The notes below the pieces were generated by a model. The model did not search any database. It worked only from the letters and a program-made list of their open reading frames with translations, and was not told where the DNA came from. Positions 35,994 to 47,900 of a DNA stretch of 64,000 bases are shown piece after piece. The stretch is from contig CP154954.1 of assembly GCA_039621445.1 (NCBI GenBank), positions 22,766,954 through 22,830,953 of the forward strand, in the 5' to 3' direction. Source of the stretch: Euglena gracilis. Its lineage: Eukaryota. The translations under genes were made by a program, and so were the position numbers. Every line of letters starts with the position of its first letter. Position 1 is the stretch's first letter.

Positions 35994-37206
35994 GTGGGGA
36001 CAGGTAAAAAATCTTTTACATCTTTGCCCTCTTTGCCGTATTTCTGCCGTTAATTCAGGTACAAGGCAATATACATACAGCACACTGGGAGTCATGGTTT
36101 GGTGTGGAATCGATAGAACAGGGAGCATCTCCATCAAGGAATGTGACGACAGAATGTATTCTGAGGCATGTATTCGACTCTTGGAATCTGCACTCACATT
36201 CATCACACGAAGGTATGTTAGGGCTGTTTCGATTAATCGATTAATCGATTAATCGTTTGTCATCGCCGATTAATCGAATCGTTCGGCCCATGACGATTAA
36301 TCGTTCATTGTGGATGTAAACCACAATAGACACAATATTTGTTGAAATCAACAAAAATTGGTAGGGTAGTCAGTCAGATAGCACACTACTTGCTGGTACA
36401 CCATGAAACGGTTGTTAAAAGTGGCCAACGAGTCAGCGAACGTGCCCGTGAAACATCGCGCGATTCTGATTAAGATACAGCAGTTCCTAATAAGCTTCGT
36501 TCTGCCAACAGAGAATGAAACAAAAATTCGTCAGCGGGCACACACAGAAATGGTCTATGTTCGATATTAGAATTTCTCAGGCAGATTTCATCATCAAAAA
36601 TCGGAAGGGACCAATTAATAGTCCGAGCCACCCCAATTAATCGCGATAAATCGTTCGCCAGCCCGAAACGATTAATTGGCACAACCCTACCCATGTGAAC
36701 CTTTCTCAGGACAAAATCATACCAACAAGACGGAGCGAGTATTCATAAGGCAAAGGAAACCATAAAATTTCTAAAGGACAAAAAGGTGAAGCTTTTCAAT
36801 CAAGGTATATGGCCACCCATGTTTCCGGACCTAAATTCGGATGAACATGTATGGCCATTGGTGACTAATCAGCTGCAGGGGCGTGTGTTTAATAGCAAAT
36901 CTGACCTATGGGTTGCCTTAAAGGCTGCTTTTGAGGCTATCACATCTGCCGCCATTCTGTCGTTGTATCGTTCCCTTCCTGACCGTGTCGCGGCTGTAAG
37001 AGCAGCTGCTGGCAGTCACACGAAATACTGAGAAGACACTGGAGAGATCCTCTGCCTTTGCCTTGCTGCACACCTGGTCGATGCATCATGTGGATGGATT
37101 CCGCTTCATTGTAATATTGTAAGAAAAGCATTTTGGTTGAAAAAAATTTTTTGGGGTCGTAAAGACTTTTGCACCAGTGTATCGTAAAAACGTATGTACC
37201 GCACTG
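35994..37206 (+). mobile_element. 3' half of a Tc1-like (DD37E) transposon with right TIR
   Basis: Exons VMVWCGI...ITRR and YQQDGASIHKA...WPPMFPDLNSDEHVW...GSHTKY*. The TIR at 37153-37206 ends CACTG-TA. Confidence 0.9.
36218..36689. mobile_element. hAT-like MITE nested in a Tc1 transposase intron
   Basis: TAGGGCTGT...ACAACCCTA ends with CGATTAAT subterminal repeats. No TSD is evident. Confidence 0.7.
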
Positions 37207-38989
37207 TATGTGTGCATATTTCAACGTCCACGCATGCATACTGCATACATACATTTACACAGGATGCACGTAGATCACACCATTGCTTACCAACCCCCAA
37301 GGGGAAGTTTCATTCCATTTTCGGGGAAAAAAAAGTCCGTCATTTTTGAAAATCTGGTGGTCACTCTTAGCAGTCTCTCCTTTCAGTCTGGGGGGGCGAT
37401 CCCTCCAAAGACCCAAAATCCAGAAACCCTAAATATCTACTGGCACGGAGCGAGAATGGAAACTTTCGTTTCTGACGGGATCCCAGGAAGGCATCTTTTT
37501 AACAAACCGGGGGGGGGGGCTTTTGCGATGGGGTGCCCCTCCTCCTTTACTGAAAGGGCGGACCCCCCCCCCCAACCCCACCTGGCCCTATTTCAAACCC
37601 TGCTCCCAGTAATGAAGTTTCTGGGGAACCGGCTGAATTTTAAGGTGTGGTCCACCAAGGGGTGGTCCCCCCCTGCTGCCCGGAGCACACAGCTTTGGGT
37701 CCCAGCCACGGCCCTCCGTCTGGGTCCCACCCAGACGAACCTCTCTTGGAACTGGCCATTTTTGGGCCCCTGGCCCATTCGGTGTCGGGGGGGGGGGGTG
37801 CTAAAGCACTAACACCCCCTGGGTGTGTCAGAATTGTCCCCTGCCCCGGGTTGCGATCTTTCTCAAACGACACCTGATCCCCGCCCCCTCCAAAAAAGGT
37901 GATAACGTGGATTGGGCGGGGGCCACCCAACGGGGGTGGTGCCCCCTCAGACATTGGAGCAGGGTGGAGACCACCGCGTCAACTCGAGCCAAGTGAACAT
38001 AAAAACAACAGGAAAACAAGCACAACACCCAGATATCGTCATGAAACAAATGGTAAGATAAGCCAACGGAAGGAAGACTGGAAAGAGGAGATGTCCAAAG
38101 CTGAGACCTGATGAGTAATGGATGATTAAGGATCAGGATGGAAGTCAAAATCACGAAATATGCAAAAAAACTGGTCAAAAAATTAGTACCAGAAAAAAAT
38201 CACTACCGGGCATCAATGAACTTGAAATAAAATTATATCGCACTGAGAAATAATCATCTTTTCTGTGAGAAATGCCTGATTGCGGGACAAAAACACCAAA
38301 ATCCCCATAGAATGCATCCCTTCAAAATTCAGGCCAGAATAAATTGGGAAGCAATATAAGAGTTATTTTTTGGCCATTAATCCCTTTCATTTGATTTCAT
38401 TTAATTCGACATTTCATCACACTGCAACACCAAATGATTAAGGATGGTGATCAACGATTAAAGTGTTGTGATAAGGCCTCAGCTTCGAGAAACCGGGGGG
38501 GAGGTCCGCTGGCTGGGATTTCCAATAGCTGCAGCCTAAAAGTCACCAGCTGGACCCCCCCGAGGAGGGTCCAAAGTCCTCCCCCAATCAAAGTTCTCCC
38601 CCAATTGGGAAATAATATATCTTCTGCGATTCATGCGGATGTGGAAATGAGACTTCTTACGGGTTTTTCTTGCTTTAATTTTTGTTCCCAAAAATCCAAA
38701 AAATGCAAAGACGGTTTTGTTTGCCAGTTACTGAACAAAACTTCCTCCCCCCCCCAAGTCCAGTCAAAATTGCACTGGCTGATTATGGTCCGCCTTGACC
38801 TAGCTCCATCCATCAAAATGTCGAAAATGCAAAAATGTGTTTTGTTTTTCATCGACCCAGCCCAGCCCAGCCCCCTCCAGCCCCGGACCCCCCCCTGGGG
38901 TCCAGCCAGCAGCTCATTTCCAGCCAGCAGCCTTTTTGCCAGCCGGAGGCTGGACCCCCCCCCCCCCCCGGTCCTTAAGAAAACCCCTG

Positions 38990-39853
38990 GTCCCCACGAC
39001 GCCTCCAAACTCGCACCCGCCCTCCAGGTCGAATTCGAAAGATTTTTTCGTCGCAAAAAATAACTCTTTCCCAGTTGAAATCAGAAAACTTTTCGGCGAA
39101 AGCCATCCTCTTGTTGATGTGGGAGGCAGACAGCAAAGGCTTGTGAGCAGCCCAGCAACTGTAAAACCCATGATTCTTCAACAGCCTGTGAACGGTCCAC
39201 CGAGAAAACTTGTGGGGGACCTGGGATGAAGAAATGAAATTTACCGGTCTCCAAAACCTTGAACACCAGGACTCTTTGGCCTGGACAGGTTTGAACAACC
39301 CCCTCACAAAATGTTTGTGCACGCTGTCCGCGATTCTACGGGAAGACCAAAATGGGTGCTTCTGAGCCACATTGAGTATCTTCCGCCGATACCTGAAAAA
39401 AGATTTTGGTACAAAAAAGGGTAGGAAGGGAATGGCAAAACCTGGCAGTCATTTCTGAAGGTCTGCCACTCCTTGGCTTGTCTTTCACAATTGGACTATT
39501 TTTCGCATCCACAGGCTTATTGTCCGCTTTCCACTTTTTGATTGTGTACTGGACACAGCCCTCCGTTACGCCAAACCTCCTGGATATTTCACAGTTGTTG
39601 CACCCAAGCAAGTGTAGCTCTATAATCTTCTCACGGCGCCTTTCAGCCGCATTTTTTTTTTGCGGAGAAGGCATTCTGTAAATCTGAGAAAGGACGCGGA
39701 GGTATGCGGACATGAAAAAAAATGCACACAAATCCAAACGAGCACACAGCACGCACCCTTACCCCTGGAATTATCCAGCTCAGAAGCCCCCTGTTTACGG
39801 GGGTCGTAAGGACTTTTGCCCCAGTGTATCGTAAAAACTTATGCACCGCACTG
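38990..39853 (-). mobile_element. 5' half of the same Tc1-like transposon with left TIR
   Basis: TA-CAGTGCGGTGCATAAG TIR at 39800-39853. Exons MPSPQ...PRSGRP, ...KPLLSASH..RMAFA and VIFCDEKIF..VWRRRGD, with two short GT-AG introns. Confidence 0.9.
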
Positions 39854-40567
39854 TATATATCTTTAGCTCAAGGGTTGGGATCGTCGCGCCAAAAATTGGC
39901 CTATTTAGGGGCAAAAGTTAGGCCCGACGTCAAGCAAATACCCATCTTTCCATGAACATGTTGGTGGGTTACCGTTGCTTCGGGACTTCACGCGCCCTTT
40001 GGGGACAGACAAAGAAAATCATCGGGCCCTCGCCAAGGGGACCCCCCCTCCCCCGCCAGTCGGCTTGCCCTCAGCGCTGGAGCAATCCCCCTGTGCAGGT
40101 CCCGCTGGGTCGTCCGGTGCGTGGAGCGGCGCCCGCCCAGCCACCGCCCCGCCCTCCTCGTTACGCTGCGCCCGGGGATGAATGGGGGTCCCTGACACCC
40201 TTTGGGTGACGTCAGTAGGATGTCACAGGCTTTAGATGGGCAGGGTCCCCTTTGACCAGGGGGCAGGGCTGTACGGGAATCCCCACAATCCTATGGGTGT
40301 TTGGTTGGCCTTCGACCCCCCAGGCCTTCTCGTATTCCCGAGTGTGCCAATCTTTAGGTCAAAAATTTTCCTTCAGTGCCGAAGGATTTTTTCTTGCGTG
40401 GGTGTTGTGGCGGGCAGGGGGTCGACTTCGCGGGTGCGGGGATCGACCCCCCCCCACCAGGCCTTCCCGTACAGCCCTGCAGAGGGAGGGGAGCTCAACC
40501 CCCCACCTGCCCCACCCCGCCCACCCCCATCCCGAAACAGAGTGAGCCCCTCGCCTTCCCGCACAGC

Positions 40568-40821
40568 CGTGGCTGCGGCTCGCCGAGGCCCTCACGGGGT
40601 GGACGCTGTTCAGCGCCAGCCTCCTGTTCCGCGTCGCCGCCCTGCAGCGGGTGGCGGCCGCCGTGGGCCTGCTGGCCCTGGCCGCCGCGGCCCGGGGCCC
40701 GTGACGCGCCGCCCGGCCCCGCGGCACGCGCGATTTCGACGTCCCAACTCCTTTGTTTTGTTGCAGTTGCCCACCAGCGCAGTGGTCTATCCGCCCGCTG
40801 GCTGTGTCTTGCAGATGCATC
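40568..40821 (+). CDS. Possible exons of an unidentified hydrophobic protein
   Basis: GC-rich AG-preceded segments read PWLRLAEALTGWTLFSASLLFRVAALQRVAAAVGLLAL and LPTSAVVYPPAGCVLQMH. Confidence 0.3.
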
Positions 40822-41824
40822 GTTTGCATTGTGAACCCCCGTTGAATTGCCTGCCGAAATTTTCGGATTGGCGAGTCCCCCCTTTTCCCCCAGCTCACCA
40901 ATCAGGGATTGGTGAGATGCGCACAGGAGGGTTAAAAGACCTATGTGGAATTCCCCTGGGCACCGCCCCCCAGATGAACCGATAATAGAACAATTGGGGA
41001 GAGCATTTCGTCTCGATGTCCCACCTCCTCAACAATACGCGTCCTCACCAGGGCGTCGCGTAAGCCCTGGTGGGCCCATCCCTGGGGCATCCAGCCAGCC
41101 AGCACCCTTTTCCAGCCAGCAGCCATGGACCCCCCTCCCCAGGAATAGATGAGAAGCCCTTCGGTTTTGAGGTAGGTGGTAGGGGGGTACTGACCACCTC
41201 CCCCCCCCCCTAGATGTTGGGAGGGGGTGTCTGGAAACCCCCTCCTCGACAGGTTCCCAAAAAAATAGCGAAAATTTTGCTTCTGGAACAACGCCGGAAA
41301 ATCAGCAAAAAAAGGGATTTTTGACCAATTTTGGCCTGGGATCCTGCCCTTTGTCCGTCCACAAAACCGAAAGTTTTCTGGGCCCACGTCAGTTTCGAGG
41401 TTGGAGGGCGTGTCCGACCCCCCCCAGGGCTCCGCCCCCCCCACCTTCCCAAGGCTTCCACATCTATCCCTGCTCCTCCCCACGACAAGTTTTTTTTCTT
41501 TTTGCAGCTGCAGCTGGATAGTAATGGATTTCTTGCTCCCGGGGTGCAAAAATAGTCAGAGTTCTTTTTGAATAATCAAACCAGCAGAAACGGCCCAAAA
41601 TGGACCTCCCCAGAAACGGGGGGGGGGTCAGGTGAGGAAGCGGAACTCGCTTCCTCCACTCCACTTCAAACCAACAAAAACGTGTGGGTCCTTCTGGTGC
41701 CTGGGTCATAAACGTCGAATTCTGCGTGCCTCACCCAATCCCGAGCCCCAATGCGGGGGAGTGCCGTACTCGGTCGTCAAATCAAGGACCTCAGTGGGTT
41801 CAGCATTCATGTTCACCTCCTGTA

Positions 41825-42052
41825 ACCCCCCCCCCCAAATAACCTGGCGGGGTGCCAGGTAATTGGAGCCAACTTTTGGCCTGCCCCCCCCCTGCCAGGT
41901 AATTTGGGCCCTTTTTTTCAGCGTCATAAACGAATTTTTACCTTAAAGGGGAGGTGCCAAGTAACTGGAACCATCTTTTTTGCCCCTCCCCCCACCAAAT
42001 TATTCGGCCCCCGCCAGGAGCAAGGACCCCGCCAGGTTATTTGGGGGGGGGT
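41825..42052. mobile_element. TA-flanked MITE
   Basis: ACn AAATAACCTGGCGGGGT and its reverse complement at the other end. Confidence 0.8.
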
Positions 42053-43152
42053 TAACGTTTCCCATTTGCGAAAACCTGAGGATGCCTCACCCTCCTTTCT
42101 TGATATCATGATAGGAATGCCAAACTGGAACATGGCTACAATTAACGCTGTTTAACAATTGAGTGCTCGCGAACATCCCCCCCAAATGTTTTGGATTTGG
42201 CATTCGCAAATCCTGATTGATTGGTTGGAGAAATTCCTAATTTGGGCGCCGAGAAGGAACAAAACCAGGGGGGATAGTCCTGGCTCGAGGGTTGCCCTAG
42301 AGAAACAATCAAAATTTGTTGAACATCCATCTACTGATATCTGGACGTTGATGAGAAACCCCTGCCCCCAATAGAAAATAGAAGTGCCAAAAAACATGGG
42401 TAAAATGGATTGGTGTTGGGCTGTCCAGGGCAAATTTTGGTTAAAATCAATTTTCTGAATGATTGGAAGTGTGTGACCCTGGGACCCACGCAGGCAGGAG
42501 GGGGCGGGCTCAGCCAGCAGTCTTTTTCCAGCCAGCCCAAATTCTCCGTCCTCTGATCTGGACCCTCTGGGGGGTCGTTAAGCGACGCCCTGGTACACAG
42601 TGCGCATGCATATCGGATTAAATGGTTTCTAATCAAAAAACCAGAGAGGGCCAAAAGTAGTCACTCACTCACTCACTCAGAAAAAAACCAGTCAGTCATC
42701 CCCCAAGGGGTCAGACACACCTTGGGGTGGGGCTGGAGGGGGGGAACCCATTGGGGGGGGGGGTTCATTTTTTGCGGCCCCAAAATTTTTTTGAGCTTCT
42801 GCTGAAAAATGGCGGGGTGAACACCAGCCCCAGACACTCCCAGACTCCCAGGGGTGGAGTTGGCCAGAACCAGCTGAAAGTGGCTGAAAATGTCCACTCA
42901 GTGCCAAAGTATGTGTGTGTACCCAATACGCACGGAAAATCCCCACTTTTTTCTCCATATCTGCAACACATTTTTGATGCCTGGTTTCCACATGCCGAAT
43001 TTTCCCCAGGTCTCTGCTACTTTCCATTCCATGCGGCATTCCGGTTTGCCATGGGGTGACACGCCTGTTTCCTGGCTGGGCGGGTGAGAGATCCCCAGCC
43101 CTTCACGCCCCACGCCCCGGCCCCCAGGCCCTTCCCCGCGCCCGCATGTTGC

Positions 43153-44794
43153 ATGGATGGGACGCAGTACTTCGTGGGGGGCCTGTCCCCGGAGACAACG
43201 GACGATGACCTGCGGGTCCATTTCGAGGCGTTTGGGGCGGTGTGCCGGGACGGCGGGGAACCCCCATGTCTTCGGGGAGGAGAGTTGGCCTACGCTTTCT
43301 TCCGGAGAATTTGTTGTCTCGGCAGAGTGATCCCGTGCACCCATTGCTTGCCGACCACTGGGGGCAGGGGGGTCACGTTCCCTTTCAAAAAATCCATTCT
43401 AAATCCCCCCAGGTGTAGCGTAAAAAATGGTAATATAGGGTTTAGGGTTAGGGTTTACCGCTCCAGTCATCCAAAATCAACAAATTTCGACCACATTTTC
43501 GAAAAGCCACCGGCGTCTTTGGCAGTGGGCAGCTTAGCTTTGGCAAGTTTCCCCCCCCAACTTGCAGGACTTGCAGGCGGGGGGAGAGGAGCTGTCCATG
43601 CAGTTTGCTGGTGTCTGTGCAGGTGCTGGAGGCAAAGGTCATGCGGCTCAAGGGGACGTCACAGTCGCGAGGCTTTGGGTTCGTCACCGTCCAGGTGTGA
43701 TTCAATTCGCCTTTTCGCAGCACACATTTGAGGGAATCTGGTTTGTGTTTGATATATCTTTCTCAATATTTCAGTCCCCCTCTCGATATAGCTTTTTTCT
43801 GTCGACATTTGAGCCTTTTCGTTTTGGATTCTTAGCGTTTTCACACTCGGTTTTGGTTTGGAATCCAATTTTTTGGCCAAAACCAAAAGAAATTGAACAT
43901 GGGTTCAAGGCAGGGGAAGTTTAGCTACAAAATCTGATGTCTCTACCGATATGCGATAAAAGACGGTGACATCCAAAATCAGGAATTCCCAACCAAAACT
44001 GGGAGTTGCTCGATAAAAAAAAAACTCTGCCCCTAGAACCCCATAATTTTAACATTAGACCAGAAATTTAGCAATTTGCCTCTGAAAATGAAGTGTACAT
44101 CAGATGCACGCATTTTCCACCAACGTAGAGATTCACATTCCCAAATTTTGGTATTGCCCAACAACACTCCAGCTTTAAAATCCACCACCATATTTGCACC
44201 CCCTCCACCATATGTGAAATTGTTATTTCCAGTGATTTTTTTGTTGGCGGTGCCACCGATTTTCCCCCATGCCCAAGGCCCATTCTTGCACTCAGGAACG
44301 TTCAATTACAAAAGTTGTGGCGCTGCCTCTTAGTCGGTTTTGTCGCGCCCCCTTTTGTTTCTCTGTCCTCCCTCCGACAGTTCCTGCTTTCCACAAAGGT
44401 ATTGGCAGTGATGGCAGGTCCCCCTGTCGCGCACAGGAGGATGAACTGGCCCTCACCACCTCGGAGCACTGTATCAATGGCAAGGTGGTGGAGGTCAAGC
44501 TGGCAGTGCCTGGTGCGGGCCTCTCCCGCCCAGGGTCCACGTGGGACGTGGGGGGGGGTTGCATATCTGTGCCCCAACACAAAAGCTGAACCCAAATCCC
44601 CAAAATTTCTGGAGACTGACAGGGATGTCATCACCACACAGTTTTTGCGTGTTGTTTTTCTTTTTTTCAGTTTTTCCTGTCGATGTGTGTTTTGCACCGC
44701 CCTAAGACTTATCCGAAGGGCCTGTGCTGCACTGGCACGCGTGCGCACACTTACACGCACAAACATATAACACGCAAGCACGCACACACACACA

Positions 44795-44829
<35 letters not shown>

Positions 44830-44886
44830 ACCCACCCACCCACCCACCCACCCACCCACACACACACCCACACACACACACACCCA

Positions 44887-44968
<82 letters not shown>

Positions 44969-47900
44969 ACACACGACCACACTCACACACACACACACAC
45001 ACTCAACACACACACACACCCCACACGCACACGCACACACACACGCGCGCATGCTGCATTGCCTGCCACTCTACCCAACAGCCCATGAGATGCACCTGCT
45101 GGTGAAGACTCGACGGTGCTTCGTCGGGGCGCTGCCACGGGATATCCTCGTGGAGGAGCTGGCAGCCCACTTCCAGCAGTTTGGCCGCGTCACCGCTGTG
45201 GAGCTGCTGCACGAGAAGGGCACCGGCAAATTCCTGGTAGCCCCCCCCCCCCACGTGAGGTCGAGTGTCATGGAGGCGGGGTCCCCCGTTACCTGTCGGT
45301 AATGCAGCTTGTTCACATGGAGGAGTTCTCACCAGCTTTTCTGCTATTTGAATTTGAGCGCTTGGTATTTTGTTGTTCGTTGCAGAACTGTGCATTTGTC
45401 ACATTTGAGAACGACGACGGGGCGGATTGCGCGGTGCGCTGCTCAGTGCATGAGTTCCGCGGGAAGCGGGCAGACGTGAAGAAAGCGGACCCCAAGCCCC
45501 AGTGTGCTCCGACCCCCCTTGCGTTCCCTCCTGCCCCGAGGTTGTGAAGTTGCGGGTGAGTGCTTGTGCTGTGGTGGCCTAGCCCCTGGGGCAAACCAGT
45601 TGGTTTCTTGTCATTCACCCGTCAACCACATGCCATGATTTCTCCGCGGCAGTGCGTTGTGTCCGCCTCGCTCCGCCAACTGCCTGCCTGCCACTGCCAT
45701 GGAGGTCCCTGTGCACGTCGATGTCTCTGCAGGCGGGAGACGATGGGGCCCCTCGGCGTGCCCCTTGCTCAGGCCTCGGAGGAGTGTGACACAACCCCAG
45801 ACCAGATGAGGGGGGCCTCCGGCTGGACTGCGAATGAAGGGGTTTGTTCTTGTTCTTTTGGAATGGCCGAAAGAGACGCCCCCCCAGCGGCAAAACTGGC
45901 GCTGTCAGCCACGTTTTGGGCACGGTCGCCCTCTCCAATCCCCCAAATATCACCCTGGTCGCAATTGCAGCACTTTGCACTAGACACAACCCCAAAACGT
46001 TTCAGAGGTTTTTCTGCAGTAAATGGCCTCCACCTGTCAAACAAACCTGTGGTTTCCCCCTTCTATTTTTTGTTTGATGAATCTTGCGTGAAAGACACAG
46101 ACCCATCCGAAGAAATGGATAGCTTCTTTGCGCGTTAATGTCAAGATTATTCGCCCAAGTTCTGCTGTGTTCGCGCGTCCAAATCACACGCCGCACAGGG
46201 CTGCAGTTGTGTCTCGGGGGCGTTCCGCCACCCGACACTCCCCAGCCACCCCGCCTCGATTTGGCACACCTTCTAGTGCAGTGCGGGTGCAGTGCGGGTG
46301 CAGTGCGGGTGCAGTGCGGGTGCAGTGCGGGTGCAGTGCAGGTGCAGTGCGGGTGCAATGCCGGTGCAATACGGGGTCTCACCCCAGACCCCACGGAGAC
46401 CCCCCCCCTCCGGAGGCCACGCCCCTGCTGGGGCCTGCCCCCAGCCCGGACTGGGCGCCCTCCCCCGCTGGGGGCCGGCCCGGTGCGGCGCGTTCCCTGC
46501 CGCTCTCATGGCCGGCCCCCCACCCCCCTATGGCGGTCCCAGCCCAGGGGCGAGGACCAGGGCAGTACGGGAAGCGGCCAAACAGCCAGGGTGGTGGGGG
46601 GCAGTCAATCACTTCGTCACTGGCTGACCCCCCCGGGGGGGGGGGTGGCTGACTGGTTGTTTCAGAGTGACTGACTGGTTTTTGGCCCAGACCCCCTCCC
46701 CCAGGGGGCTCAGCAAAAATCCACTTAAGTGACCCGGCGCTGAAGGCACCGGAAAAAAATGGCTTTTTTTCATGTTTTTGGTCAAATTTCCTTTGGATTC
46801 CAGAGTGGCCGCCCCCCCCCCCCCCCGGGGGTAGTGACTGACTGGTTTCCCAAAAAAGTGACTGACTGGTTTTTCGAGGGGTCGGTAAAAAATTGTATGG
46901 TGGGGGGTCGACCCCCCCCCCCCCACCTCCTGCATTGTGGGTGAGGGGGCGGTCGACCACTCCCCACCACCTCATGCCGTATTTCTGGGAGCACCAATTT
47001 TCGACCCCAAATTTTTTTCCCACTGCCAAAGGCGCCGGGTGGATTTGTAAAAAAAAATCTGTGAAAATGTTGTGGTGGGTGGGGGGGGTCGACCCCCCAC
47101 CTCCAGGTTGGAGGGTGGCCCCCAGGCTGTTTTTTAGTTGGGTGCCGACCCCCCCCCCCGGGGTCCGGCCACCTCCACGTACACAGACAAAAAGGGCCAG
47201 AGGCGAACAACAGCGCCGGGCCAGAAGAAGGGAGCACCAAAAAAAACAGCCACAGTGCACACAGGGGGGGTGCCTGCCTGGGCAGGCACTCACAGGCACT
47301 CCGGACCCCCCCTCCCCCCCCCCGGGTGGGTAAGAAACAGCCTGGTCGCCCCCCCCCCAAGCCACCCCGTACAGCCCTGGGGACGACGCACTGGGACAGC
47401 GCGGCGGCCGCCTTCGGGCCGCCGGCGCCGCTCCCCCTCCCGGGCCAGAAGCCCCGCCGGGCGCAGGACGTCACCGGTCGGCCCCCCTCTTCACACCGCC
47501 GTGCGCTGCCTCCCCCTTCTTTGGGGTCGCACTCAGTGCCCCAAAGTTGGCTTTCTGTGCACAACAACCCCAGTATCGGGGGTTTGTGCCTCACGGGCAG
47601 AGGGTTCCCGCTCCAAGTTCGGCCAGCGGTCCGGTGGCTCTGGGTTTGGACCACACCCCATGGCCAAGTGACGAGGGGGGGGGGCTTTCTGTTCCGAGGT
47701 GGCGGGAGGGCCGAACAGCTCCACTGAAATCAAACGCAGTCCAAGCCTTTAGAGCTGGCTCGGGAGCGGATGGATCAAACCGAAGCAGGGATTTTCCGAA
47801 TCCATTTTCCCGCCGTCTGCCAGGTATGTATTTCGTCGGCGGGCTGAACAGAGCCACCACAAATGAGGACCTCCGGGATTATTTCTTGCGCTTCGGTGAG

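Noticed and set aside
38108-38160. Hammerhead ribozyme core CTGATGAG...GAAA
   Set aside because: No convincing stems I-III surround the core. The same applies to CTGATGAG at 3022.
44683-45105. His-Thr / Val-Cys repeat proteins (also at 52 kb, 56 kb and 63-64 kb)
   Set aside because: They are translations of CA/GT microsatellites.
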